Below are positions 52,716-64,000 of a stretch of 64,000 bases of DNA, one piece after another. Each line of letters starts with the position of its first letter. Positions within the stretch are counted from its first letter, which is position 1. Location of the stretch: assembly GCF_001194135.2 (NCBI RefSeq), contig NC_068991.1, positions 24,287,007-24,351,006 of the forward strand, read 5' to 3'. The stretch is from Octopus bimaculoides. Lineage: Eukaryota. Under the pieces are notes generated by a model that was given only the letters and a program-made list of their open reading frames with translations, was not told the origin of the DNA and made no database searches. The translations under genes were made by a program, and so were the position numbers.

Positions 52716-53380
52716 AATAATAATAATAAATGGAGCAAAACGCATATAGTCAATTATATGCGTTTTCCTCCATTTATTATTATTCTTTATATCTACTCAA
52801 AATACATCACTTTAACATGGAATTTCTACCCATTAACCGGGTATGATATCCTAGTTTTTGTGTGATTTTTGCTACCCTGGTAACTATTAACATATTTGCA
52901 NNNNNNNNNNCCATTAACCGGGTATGATATCCTAGTTTTTGTGTGATTTTTGCTACCCTGGTAACTATTAACATATTTGCATTATCGAAGTTTTTCAACC
53001 AAGATAATATTAATATATACATAAATTAAAATATATATATATATTCTTTTATTACTATATATACATATATATATATACACGCACATGCATATACGTGTGT
53101 GTGTACATATATATATACTCATGCATGCACGTGCATATTTATATATGCATTTATGCATGTGCGTATGTGTATGTGTCTGTGCACGCGCATGTTTGTTCAC
53201 ATTTCTTAGAAAGATTGCTGAGGTCAGTGTTGTCCATAACCTCCTGTCAACAACTTCTCGTTTCGAAGACATGCGAAATATGTTATTCTTTAACTGGAAA
53301 AAGAAATAAGGGTTACTGTCAGAAAGGATCAGCATGGAGAAACGAGTAACACGAAAGAAAAATTGAAAGAATATAGATAT

Positions 53381-53438
<58 letters not shown>

Positions 53439-54294
53439 CATACATACATACATACATACATACATACATACATACATAAATGTGCATGGCGTTACATTAA
53501 ATAATGTTCCAAAAATTTAACAAAAACACAACAAACGGAAAATTCGTGGATAATTCCTGATCAATCAACGTCCAAAAGAGCATAAAAATTTCACACCTTT
53601 AATGATGATATTGTTCATATTTGGTGGCGCCAGCAGCGAGGAGCCACTGGGAATAACGATCGAACGTACAGGACACTGACGAAAACAAACACGACAAAAT
53701 AAAATAATTATACATATACAACGAAAAAAGGCCGAGCGGCCGCAAGATGGAAGAATATGAAGCAACGCGAAGTAAAATGTCCTGTTGGACTGGAATCGAG
53801 AAAGGGGCAAACAGAAAATCAGAATGAAAGGTGAAGGAAACGAATCCTGTGAAAAGAAAAGATGGAAGAGTAGAGAGAAACGCGACTGACCGAGTCAAAG
53901 GTAGGGCGAAAAAGGAAATGGATGAGAGAGATGTGAATGGTCACGGGTCACGTGGTAGTGGGAGACGAGAGAAAGAGTGGAGGGCAAAGGGACAGAAGCA
54001 AAGGGAACACTGAAGAAAGTGTTAAAGAGAGAAAGAGAGAGGGAAAAAGATAGAAAGGGAGAGGTGTATATATATATATATNNNNNNNNNNNNNNNNNNN
54101 NNNNNNNNNNNNNNNNNNNNNNNNNNNNNNNNNNNNNNNNNNNNNNNNNNNNNNNNNNNNNNNNNNNNNNNNNNNNNNNNNNNNNNNNNNNNNNNNTAAA
54201 TATATATAAATATATATATATATATATATTCTTCTATTCTTTTTTTAATGTGTTTCAGCCAGGTGGCTGTGGTCATGTTGGAGCACCACTATGA

Positions 54295-56810
54295 TTTTTT
54301 TTTTTGCACCCACTGCACAATCCTTCCGTGGCTTCTCTCCTCCGACTGATGCGATCCCATCAAAATTTTCGATCGCCTCTGGTGTATGAGGGAATTTGAC
54401 ACTGCAGCCCTCAACTGTGTCTCATGTCGACCCATTGGTTCGTCTGGTATTGTGGATAGGAGAGTGTCCAGCTTCTCAATCGTGCAAGTTTCTCAATTAT
54501 TTTAACAGAGCATACTAGAGCTGTGGTCCTCGGAACCTTAGGCAATTGCAGTATCTGGTTCTTATATTAGATGCATTGGACGGTACCTTTGGTCCTATGC
54601 AATGGCTTCCAGTATGAGAAATTCATAAAACACTTGACGCCAAAATTAGGTACTAGTCCTTCCAGTATTTTCCACATGTAAATTATTACATATCTCTCAC
54701 GTCTGCGCTCTGGGGAGTAAAGTCGTAGTTATTTTAGCCTCTCCCTGTAATTCATCTGTTGGACTGTAACAATCTTTTTAGTGCAGTGATGCTGGATTGC
54801 TTCAAGCTCCGTTGTTAGCTTCACACCTTGTGCTGACCACAGCTGAGAGCAGTAGTCTAGGCGGCTGAGGACAAAGGTCTTCCGTAGAGTCAACATGACT
54901 TCTTGATCTCTTGTCCTGAATGTCCTTAGTATCCATCCTACCAGTTGTCTGCACTTTGCTGCCAACTTGGTAATGTGCATGTGAAATAGTGCATTATTAC
55001 ACATACTGATGCCCAGGTCTCTCACTGTTTGTGACTCTGGGGTTGTACCTCCGGGTCCTGTAAATGCCGGTTGTAGAGCAATTGTGATCTTATAGCGCAG
55101 TGTTTGAAATTTTTCAGCATTAAATTGCATATCATTTTGCTCTGCCCACATGTATATTGCATTAAGGTCGTTCTGCAGGTTTACGACATCATTAGGATAC
55201 TTTATTGCCTGTGATAATTTTTTATCATCGGCGTAGCTAGTGACAGTGGCTGTCTGAGTGACTGTGAGCATGTCAAAGAGGGCTACTATAAACATTAATG
55301 GCCCTAAGACAGTTCCCCGTGGGACACCGCTCAAAATTTTTGTTTCCCTAGAGAGTGCACCATTGGCTGCAACTGTCTAACTTCTATCGTTTAGGAAGTC
55401 ATGCAGTCACTCTCCTAATTTACCAGCTATACCAAGGTTTCGCAACTTGTGACATATCATGCCATGATCAACTTTGTTCAAGACCTTTACAAAGTCAAGA
55501 TATATCACGATATTTGAATGGTCGAGCAACTGCTTCAGGACCCAGTCATAATGCCGTAAGAGCTGTGTGAGGCAGCTTCTGCCTGGACAGAAGCCATGCT
55601 GAGTATCGTTCAGCAAGTCATTTTCTTCTAGGAATGTAATTAGTTTCTTTCTAGGAATGTAATTAGTTTCTATCTAGGAATGTAATCAGATTCGCTCCAT
55701 GACTTTGCTGATATGTGAAGAAGTCAGAGAGATGGGTCTGTAGATTTTGGCCTCTTCTCTACCTTTATGGATAGGGCGATGCTTTCTTTTAGCTCTTTGG
55801 GAAGTTTAACACTTGCAAGGAAACTCTGGAAGAGTATCCGAAGTGGTCCCGCTAATTCCTGTTTATATGACTTTAAGAGAACAACTGGGAAACCATCGGA
55901 GCCGGTTGCTGAGTTTGAGCACATTTTGTCTATGGCCGCTATTATATCTTCCTCTTCAATGTCAATGAAGGTAATAGCTGCTGCTTTTTCTGCAGGGTTG
56001 CATAGTCAAAGATATCAGCTGAGGTTTTTTTTTATCTGCATATGACTCAGTAGAGGGGTATAAACACCTTTAAATTGTACACTGAGAACTTCATTTATCC
56101 TTTTGGGGTCCGCAGTCAGTGAGCCATTCAATTGGAGCAGGGGTCCTATTTTGTACTGTGGCGGTTTCCTTTGCAAATTTATAGAAAGTCTTGGGGTTTG
56201 TTTTTATACTTTCTACAGCTCTCTTCTCGTTCTCTGCTCTTACCTTTTCATGGGAGAGTTTAATTTTGCTTTCAATTTCCAGCAGTGTCTGTCTTAATTT
56301 AGACTTTTTACTATCTTTCAGTTCTCTATTTAACTGGTTTGAGATCTTTGTGCTGTGTCTCATAAGGATTGCATGCAGCAAGGTCTTTCAGGTAGAGAAA
56401 TTTGTCTCTGCTACCTGTTCGCAATAGGCACCCCGATATTCAGTAGGAATATGGGTGTGATATCTGTGCAGGAGTTACTGGTGTTAGTGGTGGCCATCCT
56501 GGATCCATTATCTGGGGTGGTCTCAGGTATTGGCTTATATGGCTTTGATTCTGCATCTTTTGTAGCCACGTTAACTACCACACTATTTTCTGGGCCATGC
56601 TGAAAAAAGCTTGCTGTTCAGTAGCTGCAGTTCGCACAGCCTCTGCAAATTGCCTTTTGTGAGGAACAGAGGCTGTGTGTGAACTCCTTTCCTTATGAGG
56701 CCTGTTGGTTCTTGTTGGTGGATTATGGGTTCGTAGGTCCAAGTTTTTTGGTTTCCCCTTTCTGCGTTCCTGTTTGATTTGTCGTGGATAGTTATCCTGC
56801 TTGTTAATCT
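54295..56810 (-). mobile_element. CR1/Jockey-type LINE (RT), decayed, with poly(A) tail
   Basis: QHGF.PGRSCLTQLL; IYLDF.K...KVDH; SGVP.GTVLGPL.F; YADD; LQNDL; FNAEK; RDLGI; VGWILRTF; SRLDYCSQLWS. T-run at 54295-54305 corresponds to an A-tail on the minus strand. Confidence 0.92.
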
Positions 56811-56815
56811 GGTAT

Positions 56816-56854
<39 letters not shown>

Positions 56855-57552
56855 TGTATATATACATACATAATACATACATACATATATACATACATAC
56901 ATATATACATACATACGTATGTACGTACATACATACATAAATATACGCATATTTGCATTCTAGCACGTCATGTGTTTATGTCTTAATGTAAAGAAATATT
57001 GGCTACACATGCTCTCGGTCCAGAATTTAAAGAATTCGTTCAAAAAAATAAGGCAAATTTTACGAAAATACACGGAAATACTGCTTATATTGCTTATGTG
57101 TATGTGCTTATATATGCCTATCTCTGTATATGTGTACGTGCATGTATAAATGTGTACTTGTATCCGTGCGTACGTTACATATATATGTATATACTGTAAT
57201 TTTCTTAAAGCATTGCTTGGACAATTTTGTTGGGAAATAAGGATCTTTATGGTTACCGTCACTGTTTCCAATTTTGTTCCAATTGTTTTCAAATTTGGTA
57301 TATGGATTAAGTTTTATATACTAATTAATTAAAACGTTATTAGCCTTTAAAATTTGCAAAATTTGGGTATTTTAGCCAATCAGAAGCAAGTGTTTTACAC
57401 ATCACCGTGAAGTTCTGTTAGCATATATATCTGTTAGCAAAGAAGCACCACGTGTTCCATAGCTGATTCTGAAAAACTTTGTTTCCATAGTAACCAAAGA
57501 TGCTGCGTATACGCACAAAGAGTGTAACCACCAAATTGAGTGTAATCAATAA

Positions 57553-57717
57553 ATTGAGAGTATCTGGGCATCTTTAAAGCGTGGAAACAAACGCCGGTGT
57601 GGGACACATCGTTCCCTGGTTCATTCGTATCTTTGTGAACTTATGTGGAGAAGGAGATATGAGAAAGATAATTTATTTTATATAATCCTAGAGTGTATTG
57701 CAAGCTTTCGTTCTTGA
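57553..57717 (+). mobile_element. Merlin/IS1016-like (IS1595/ISXO2 family) transposase C-terminal remnant
   Basis: IESIWASLKRGNKRRCGTHRSLVHSYLCELMWRRRY..* fits the N.IES.W...KR...Y..E.MWR.R signature. Not in the ORF track (no Met; in-frame TAA just upstream). Confidence 0.75.
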
Positions 57718-58264
57718 GTTTTTTAACTAATAATTGTCTGTTTTAAGCAATGTTTTGACTGCTATTTCTAGCAACTCCTGTTGGTTTGCTCGTAGCTTTT
57801 AAATATTTAATTTGCTTGCGAATCTTTTAATATTTTTCAGTTTACTGTAGCTAGTGTAATGCTTTGACACGCCAATCTCCCCCACCTTTTCTCGCTACTG
57901 TGACAGATGATGGAAGAGGCAGCGGACGCGCTGTTTTCTGATTGGCTGAACATTCTGAGAATTATCAAACTTTGAACAAACTTTGAAACAAATTATCAAA
58001 CTTTGTAACATTTTCGCAAAATTCTTCTGGAATAAATGAATAACAAATTCGGATTCAGCGTCAAAAATTACATCTATATGATTCATTATAAATTTGTTTT
58101 TAAGATTTTGACATGCGATGACGATAACCACAAAGATCCGGGAATTAAAAGAAGTAGTAGTCGTTACTTCGGCTGCTATGATTTCAAATTCACCTGGAAA
58201 CAATACATTATGACTCTAAATATGAAACAGTTCTATATTTAAGAGATGAGGAATTATGTACATT

Positions 58265-58388
58265 ATTTACATTTGTCCTCATCTTGTTTGTTGTTAACAC
58301 AATGTTTCGGCTGATATACCCTCCAGCATTCATCAGGTGTCTTGGGGAAATTTCGAACTTGGGTTCTCATTCCTAAGGTATTTTTCGA

Positions 58389-58422
<34 letters not shown>

Positions 58423-58443
58423 ATTATTATTATTATTATCATT

Positions 58444-58540
<97 letters not shown>

Positions 58541-58921
58541 TCACTGCTTGGAATCGAACTCGGAATCTTGGGGTTAGTAACCACTACGCCATATACCCAT
58601 GGGCAATTATGAAGTGAATTTTAGGGCGTATAAATCTAATATTTTCCTATCCTTCCTTAATACCTGTTTCCATATACTACTCATATCCGCACACGGTCTG
58701 CTTAGGAGGTTGTTGTGTCCAAGTATATGGTGCTGCTTCTTTTAGTTTTCGTATTTTCCAGTGGTGTTCTCTGTCTATTATTTTAACTTCATCCCACAGG
58801 ATGAAGTGGTCTCCATTTTTCCATAATAATAATAATAATAATAATAACAACATCGAAAAATACCTTAGGAAAACCCAGGTTCGAAATTTCCCCATGACAC
58901 CTGATGAATGCTGGAGGGTAT
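58265..58921 (-). mobile_element. 5'-truncated Penelope element: GIY-YIG C-terminus, tRNA-like cassette, (AAT/GAT)n and HHR tail, plus an inverted tail copy
   Basis: Minus strand KNGDHFILWDEVKIIDREHHWKIRKLKEA (58700-58822). Tail aacatcgaaaaataccttagg..acacctgatgaatgctggagggta occurs on the minus strand (58315-58395) and on the plus strand (58845-58920). Confidence 0.85.
58297..58340 (-). ncRNA. Minimal type I HHR motif (probably degenerate)
   Basis: ACAC | CUGAUGA | AU-GCUG-gaggguauau-CAGC-C | GAAA | CAUU | GUGU. Stem III AACAUU looks like a CpG-decayed AACGUU palindrome. Confidence 0.7.
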
Positions 58922-59659
58922 TAAATTCATACTCTGATAATGCTCAACCAACTTGCCTCAAACAAAAGTAATCTCTTAGAAATATAAGCTGCCATAAAGT
59001 CTTGTCATCAACAGCTTGCTTACATCAAAGGAGAAAGATTGCTGCAACAATAAATAGTATTCTATGAAATGCTCGAAAGCTACCAGTATATTAATTTAGG
59101 ATTATACAGTAACGTAGTGTGAAGGATGTTGCTGTATCAGAAATGTTATACAAAAAACCTTTCCACGCTTTAATTAACTTCTTGTAAATATATATATCAC
59201 TTGAGCTGTGATAATGTCTAATATAGGCAAATTTACCACCATTAGCCCCGAGGCTTTGCAATAAAATATACCATAGTGATAGCTACGGAGAATTTTGGGG
59301 TTTCAGTAATCGATTGAATTGACTGCATCATGATTCTTGAATATTCCCTGTATAACTGTAGAGATCGAAGTGAAGCTTTAGGCGTTGGCACTGCTGTTAA
59401 TTACAGCAGTGAACGCCGTAATCCTAGAACAGATATTAAGGAACATATGAATCATATAGATCACTGACAATCTTATGGCTCAGAATCTAACTGACGTAGT
59501 TTACTGTCTCCCCATCGCCACAACTATTACTAGAATGATATACAGATTCCAATGCTTTGAGATGTGGAGTTTATATTATGCTTATTAGCAGCAGTTCCAA
59601 CAATATCCATCATCAAGACAAGCTTAGCATTCCAACGGCAGACATTGCTGACAGTAACA

Positions 59660-60180
59660 CGTTTCATCTAATTAGAAACCAAATGTACTTCAGATCACCT
59701 CCTAACGTCTAAAGAAAAGGACATCTGAGACAATGTAGTTGACCTGCTAGAAATAAGAGCCAAATCTCTTTCAGATGACATTCTAACGTCTAAATAAAGG
59801 GAAAGACATTTTAGACAATATAGTTGACCTGCTAGAAATAGAAATCAAATTTCCTTCAGACCACATCCCTACATCTAAATAAAGAGAACATTTGAGCCAA
59901 TGTAGTTGGCCTGCAATAAATAGGAGCTAAATCCCTTTCAAATCATCCTAACGTCTAAAAAAATAGGAAAGACGTTTTAGGAAATGTACTTGACCTGCTA
60001 AACATAGGAGCCAAATTCCCTTCAAATCACATCCGGACGTCTAAATAAAGGGAAGGGTATTTAAAACAATGTAGTTTACTTACTAGGAACAGGAGCCAAA
60101 TTTCCTTCAGATCATATCCTAATGTCTAAAAAACGAGAAAGGGCATTTTCGACAATGTAGTCCTACATAACAATATAGTT
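59660..60180. repeat. About 84-bp tandem repeat, about 6 copies
   Basis: ctaacgtctaaa-like motif recurs at about 59701, 59782, 59868, 59946, 60033 and 60117. Confidence 0.85.
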
Positions 60181-60664
60181 CTAAAAAGACGAAAAACTCA
60201 TAGTTGGAATGCTGTTGACATAAATCTATTGGACCAGGACTAATCTAGGTAAAAGTAACAACTGGCTGTCATATTTTACACAAATTGTAAATGAGCTAAC
60301 AAGAGAAGTCTATATTCTTAACCCTGCCCTGGTAGTTTCAAGTATAGATACATCAGATTATAAATCTCTGCTGGAGAAACTCGATTTTCTACTGTTCCAG
60401 TACTAGTTATCTAAAAAAGCAAACAATAGGGCCATGAAAGGTGGCCCTAAATTAAATGATTGTTCAACTATTTATCGTGAAATGTACCCTGAGAGGCATG
60501 CAGATGGGTTAAATGGAGATATATAAATTCTGGGAAAACGCTTCCTAAAATAAAACCATCAGTGAAAAGGTGACTGACAAACTTGGTTTCTATGAAAAAT
60601 GCAGAATAGCTTCTCGAAGGTACCCAAGCATATCACAGCTACAATCATTCTCTCTCTATCTTTC

Positions 60665-60667
<3 letters not shown>

Positions 60668-60752
<85 letters not shown>

Positions 60753-60770
60753 TCTCTCTCTCTCTCTCAC
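60668..60770. repeat. (CT)n microsatellite
   Basis: Direct reading. Confidence 0.98.
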
Positions 60771-62963
60771 TTACTCACTCTCCCTCTCTTCTTTTCTCTC
60801 TCCTAAAATGACAACTCATATCTATGTACATATTGCACATATTGTCACTGCGAAAACAAAAAGTCAATAGCTCTTACCAGAAGTTGGGAATAGGCTGAGA
60901 ATTAAATGCGTATTCTGATAATGCTCAATCAACTTGCCTCAAACAAAATTAATCTCTTAGAAATATAAGCTGCCATAAAGTCTTGTCATCAACAGCTTGC
61001 TTACATCACAGGAGAAAGATTGCTGCAACAATAAATAGTATTCTATAAAATGCTCGAAAGCTACAGTATATTAATTTAGGATTATACAGTTACAGAGTGT
61101 GAAGGATGTTGCTGTATCAGAAATGTTATACATAAAACCTCACTTTCGACGTCTGATTCCAAACCCTAGACTGTAAAGGAGTTTCTTCAACGCGGCTATT
61201 TGTATATGGGAGAAACTCTTTAGCTACAATTAGTCTATATGTACCAATATCTAAGTTTGACCGCTTGGAAAGCTGATTTAATGTAAAAACACAATGCCTC
61301 AATTGTTACGTGAGGTAGCTCCTACATGGATAGAAACCGTGCTGTAACTTTTCGAATTATTTTCTGAAAGCGTAACTAATTTCTTTTTGCTAATTCGTTT
61401 TATATCACAGTGATAGAGCTGCAATTTTTAATATCTGCTTTGCTTCATAGCTTGTAGATAAGAAATATCTCCTTTTCAACTTTTGGGGAATTCTAAGAAA
61501 GCTTTGGAAAAGTATTTGAAGAGGTTTGACAAGAAACTTTTTGCAGGTTTTTCAGAAAAATTATCGGGAAACAGTTAGAATCACTTGCTCAGTTCAGGTT
61601 AATTTCAATCTCTGGCAGATTTTGTAGTTATCACATATTTTATAACGATGTATTTTATAAATTTCTGTACAAAGTTACAGTATTTGTTGCGTATTGAATC
61701 GTTCGAGATTCGCTTACCTTTCAAGAGTCTGTGATAAGTTATAAATGCACTAAGATTGTTTCTTTAACACAACTACAGAAAATTTTGGTGTTGCCTTATT
61801 TCTGTGGAAGCATTTTATTGTATCTTTAATTTATCCGAATGACATTCTGAAATTGACTCCTTCCTGACAATGCCTTGGGCTTATGAGAATTTTACAATCC
61901 TTGGAAATGATATCTTTATGAACCTTGACCTTCCTCTCTTAGACATAATCCATTCAACTGAATTCTTGATATAAACTGATTCACTTTCATGTCGTATATA
62001 GAGAGCATAAATGGACAGTTCAGCTTTCGATTCTCATTCTTCATAGATTTTCATTAACCCCAGCAGAAATTCAAACCGGAGAGAGTTAGAGTGTTTCAGA
62101 TGTTTCAGGTCTTGTTAGGTCATTCGTTATGTTCAGAGAATATTTTATAGTTTTCTTCATATTATGAACGAATTCTACAATATCTAGTGTATGGTTTCTG
62201 CAGCATTACTTCTAGTTAGATCTTTAATACACACATCTTTAATGCGCCCTTATTTAACACAGATGACATCTCTAGGATAGTTATTCTATAAACTTATATT
62301 TTTCATCAATATTTTACTGCGTTTGCTTAATTGCTGTTCCACAAATATTTCGGCAAATACAATGAAAGAAAATGCTTCGTTGATGAGAACAGAATGTCGG
62401 AACGTCCAGATTTTTCTCCAATACACAACAAAACGATTAACATAATATTGTTCATAGTTTAACATTATTTTCCCTCACTGCATAAATATTTCTAATTAGC
62501 TTTTTAATCAATCATCTAAACTACTATTGCTTATGTCTAATTTATTCCTTGAATGTTAGGAAGATCAATAAGAAATTTTCTATGCCTGCAATCATCTGAA
62601 GCTGGGAAGAGTGAAACCGCCCCAAAAGAATATATTAGCATAATGATTTAATTTGATTAATACTTCTATATTGTCGAGACTCGCCTTCATTTTTGGGAAT
62701 AAGTTTATAAATCTAAAAGCTAAGCCGTGTTTTTTGTTAAACAGCGTTATATGTCTTATTAGTGAATTACAAAATGAGTTTAAATATAGTGTATGTATGC
62801 ACATTTCTGTATGTATATTTCATGGTGCTTCTCAGGTTAGTAAATCAGTTTCATCTGTTGGTCGTGTGTTTTTCCAGGAGGCTAATAGGAACTTTCTGAA
62901 ATGTCTGCATTTGTTGAAACTCTCGGATCATTTATCTTATACTATATCCTATATATATTATAG

Positions 62964-63028
<65 letters not shown>

Positions 63029-63764
63029 CATACATACATACATACATACAATATAAGATAACTGGACATATGTTTGTGCAAGCAATTATACGAATAACTC
63101 TTCAACAATATACAATGGAATAGATTTTTCATGATTTTCCTTGATAATCAGAAACGTNNNNNNNNNNNNNNNNNNNNNNNNNNNNNNNNNNNNNNNNNNN
63201 NNNNNNNNNNNNNNNNNNNNNNNNNNNNNNNNNNNNNNNNNNNNNNNNNNNNNNNNNNNNNNNNNNNNNNNNNNNNNNNNNNNNNNNNNNNNNNNNNNNN
63301 NNNNNNNNNNNNNNNNNNNNNNNNNNNNNNNNNNNNNGTGTGTGTGTGTGTGTGTGTGTGTGCGTGTGCACCTTATATATGTATTAAGGAAAAGACAATC
63401 TGATTATCTGGAGACAGTAGCATACGTACTTGGGAGAATTCTTGATTTTTTATATTGTCACCCCTTCTCATTTGGAATTGGCACAAAATACTATCACACG
63501 ATTCTCTAGGAACAGTGCCGTCACGCGATTGTTATTCTCTGGAGGCGATTAGATTTAATAAATAGAGAATTGTATAGAATATACCATTATTTGCCTGTTT
63601 TTGTTCAAATACATGCTACTGGCTACTCAGGAAGAAATCGGTAGTGTTCATACTTGAAGGGTGTTACGAACCGCTAGATTTAAAATTGCTTAAGAGATAT
63701 TGTGTGGCACGACGGTGCTGCTACGACTCTGTAAGGAGTTAAAAGCCCAATAAACCTATATATA

Positions 63765-63974
63765 CAGGGTAGCCACAAAGTCACTCACCATGGGAGATAT
63801 CAAGTGTGTTTTATTAGCAATGAAGTAAGTAATCCATTACAAATGTTCGATATTTGCCTCCATCCAATGAGGATTGGTTTGTGAGTAATATCGGCAGTTG
63901 TGAAAAGAGATAAAAAAGAGAATGTTGGCAATTTCACGTATTCCAGGGTTGTGTGTGACTTTATAGCTACCCTG
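63765..63974. mobile_element. 210-bp Tc1/mariner-type MITE
   Basis: TIRs CAGGGTAGCCACAAAGTCAC and gtgactttatagctaccctg; TA immediately to the left. Confidence 0.8.
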
Positions 63975-64000
63975 AATATATATATATATATATATATATA

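Larger units (their letters stand above)
58920..61140 (+). repeat. About 240-bp direct repeats (58920-59160 and 60901-61140)
   Basis: Near-identical blocks about 1980 bp apart, roughly 95% by eye. Confidence 0.92.

Noticed and set aside
52831-52980. Exact 70-bp direct duplication
   Set aside because: It flanks a 10-N gap, the signature of an unmerged contig overlap.
53600-53800. Relatively GC-rich segment with a NotI site and a partial YY1-like caagatgg
   Set aside because: No TSS, ORF or conservation evidence is available from the sequence alone.
55620-55690. Approximately 23-bp triplicated motif (ttctaggaatgtaattagtttct), superficially array-like
   Set aside because: There are no spacers; it is a local slippage duplication inside the CR1-type LINE, not a CRISPR array.
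61500-62350. Possible hAT transposase traces on the minus strand (HC-like and LERF-like words)
   Set aside because: Fragments lie in different frames with many stops and cannot be supported without a profile search.

Overview
AT-rich, microsatellite-dense metazoan genomic DNA from a gappy draft assembly with many N-runs. The SINE and microsatellite make-up suggests an octopus/coleoid cephalopod (inference, not proven). One host gene is supported: a + strand globin (neuroglobin-like). Its exon 2 (5696-5921) and exon 3 (28830-28961) are separated by a 22.9-kb intron at the ancestral B12.2/G7.0 positions; exon 1 was not found and probably lies upstream of the window. The ORF track misses exon 3. 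The rest is decayed transposable-element material: tRNA-derived SINEs, R4/Dong-clade RLE LINEs sitting in (AAT)n, a CR1/Jockey-type LINE, Tc1/Tc3, maT (DD37D), mariner, a Tigger/pogo element, a Merlin/IS1016-like remnant and several Penelope-like elements (PLEs). The most notable signal is a cluster of minimal type-I hammerhead ribozyme (HHR) motifs between 43 and 59 kb. Two have an intact catalytic core (43659-43757, 52521-52590), the others are variant or degenerate, and several sit in head-to-head inverted duplications typical of PLE pseudo-LTRs or retrozymes. All folds and alignments were done by eye. Repeat boundaries are approximate unless stated otherwise.
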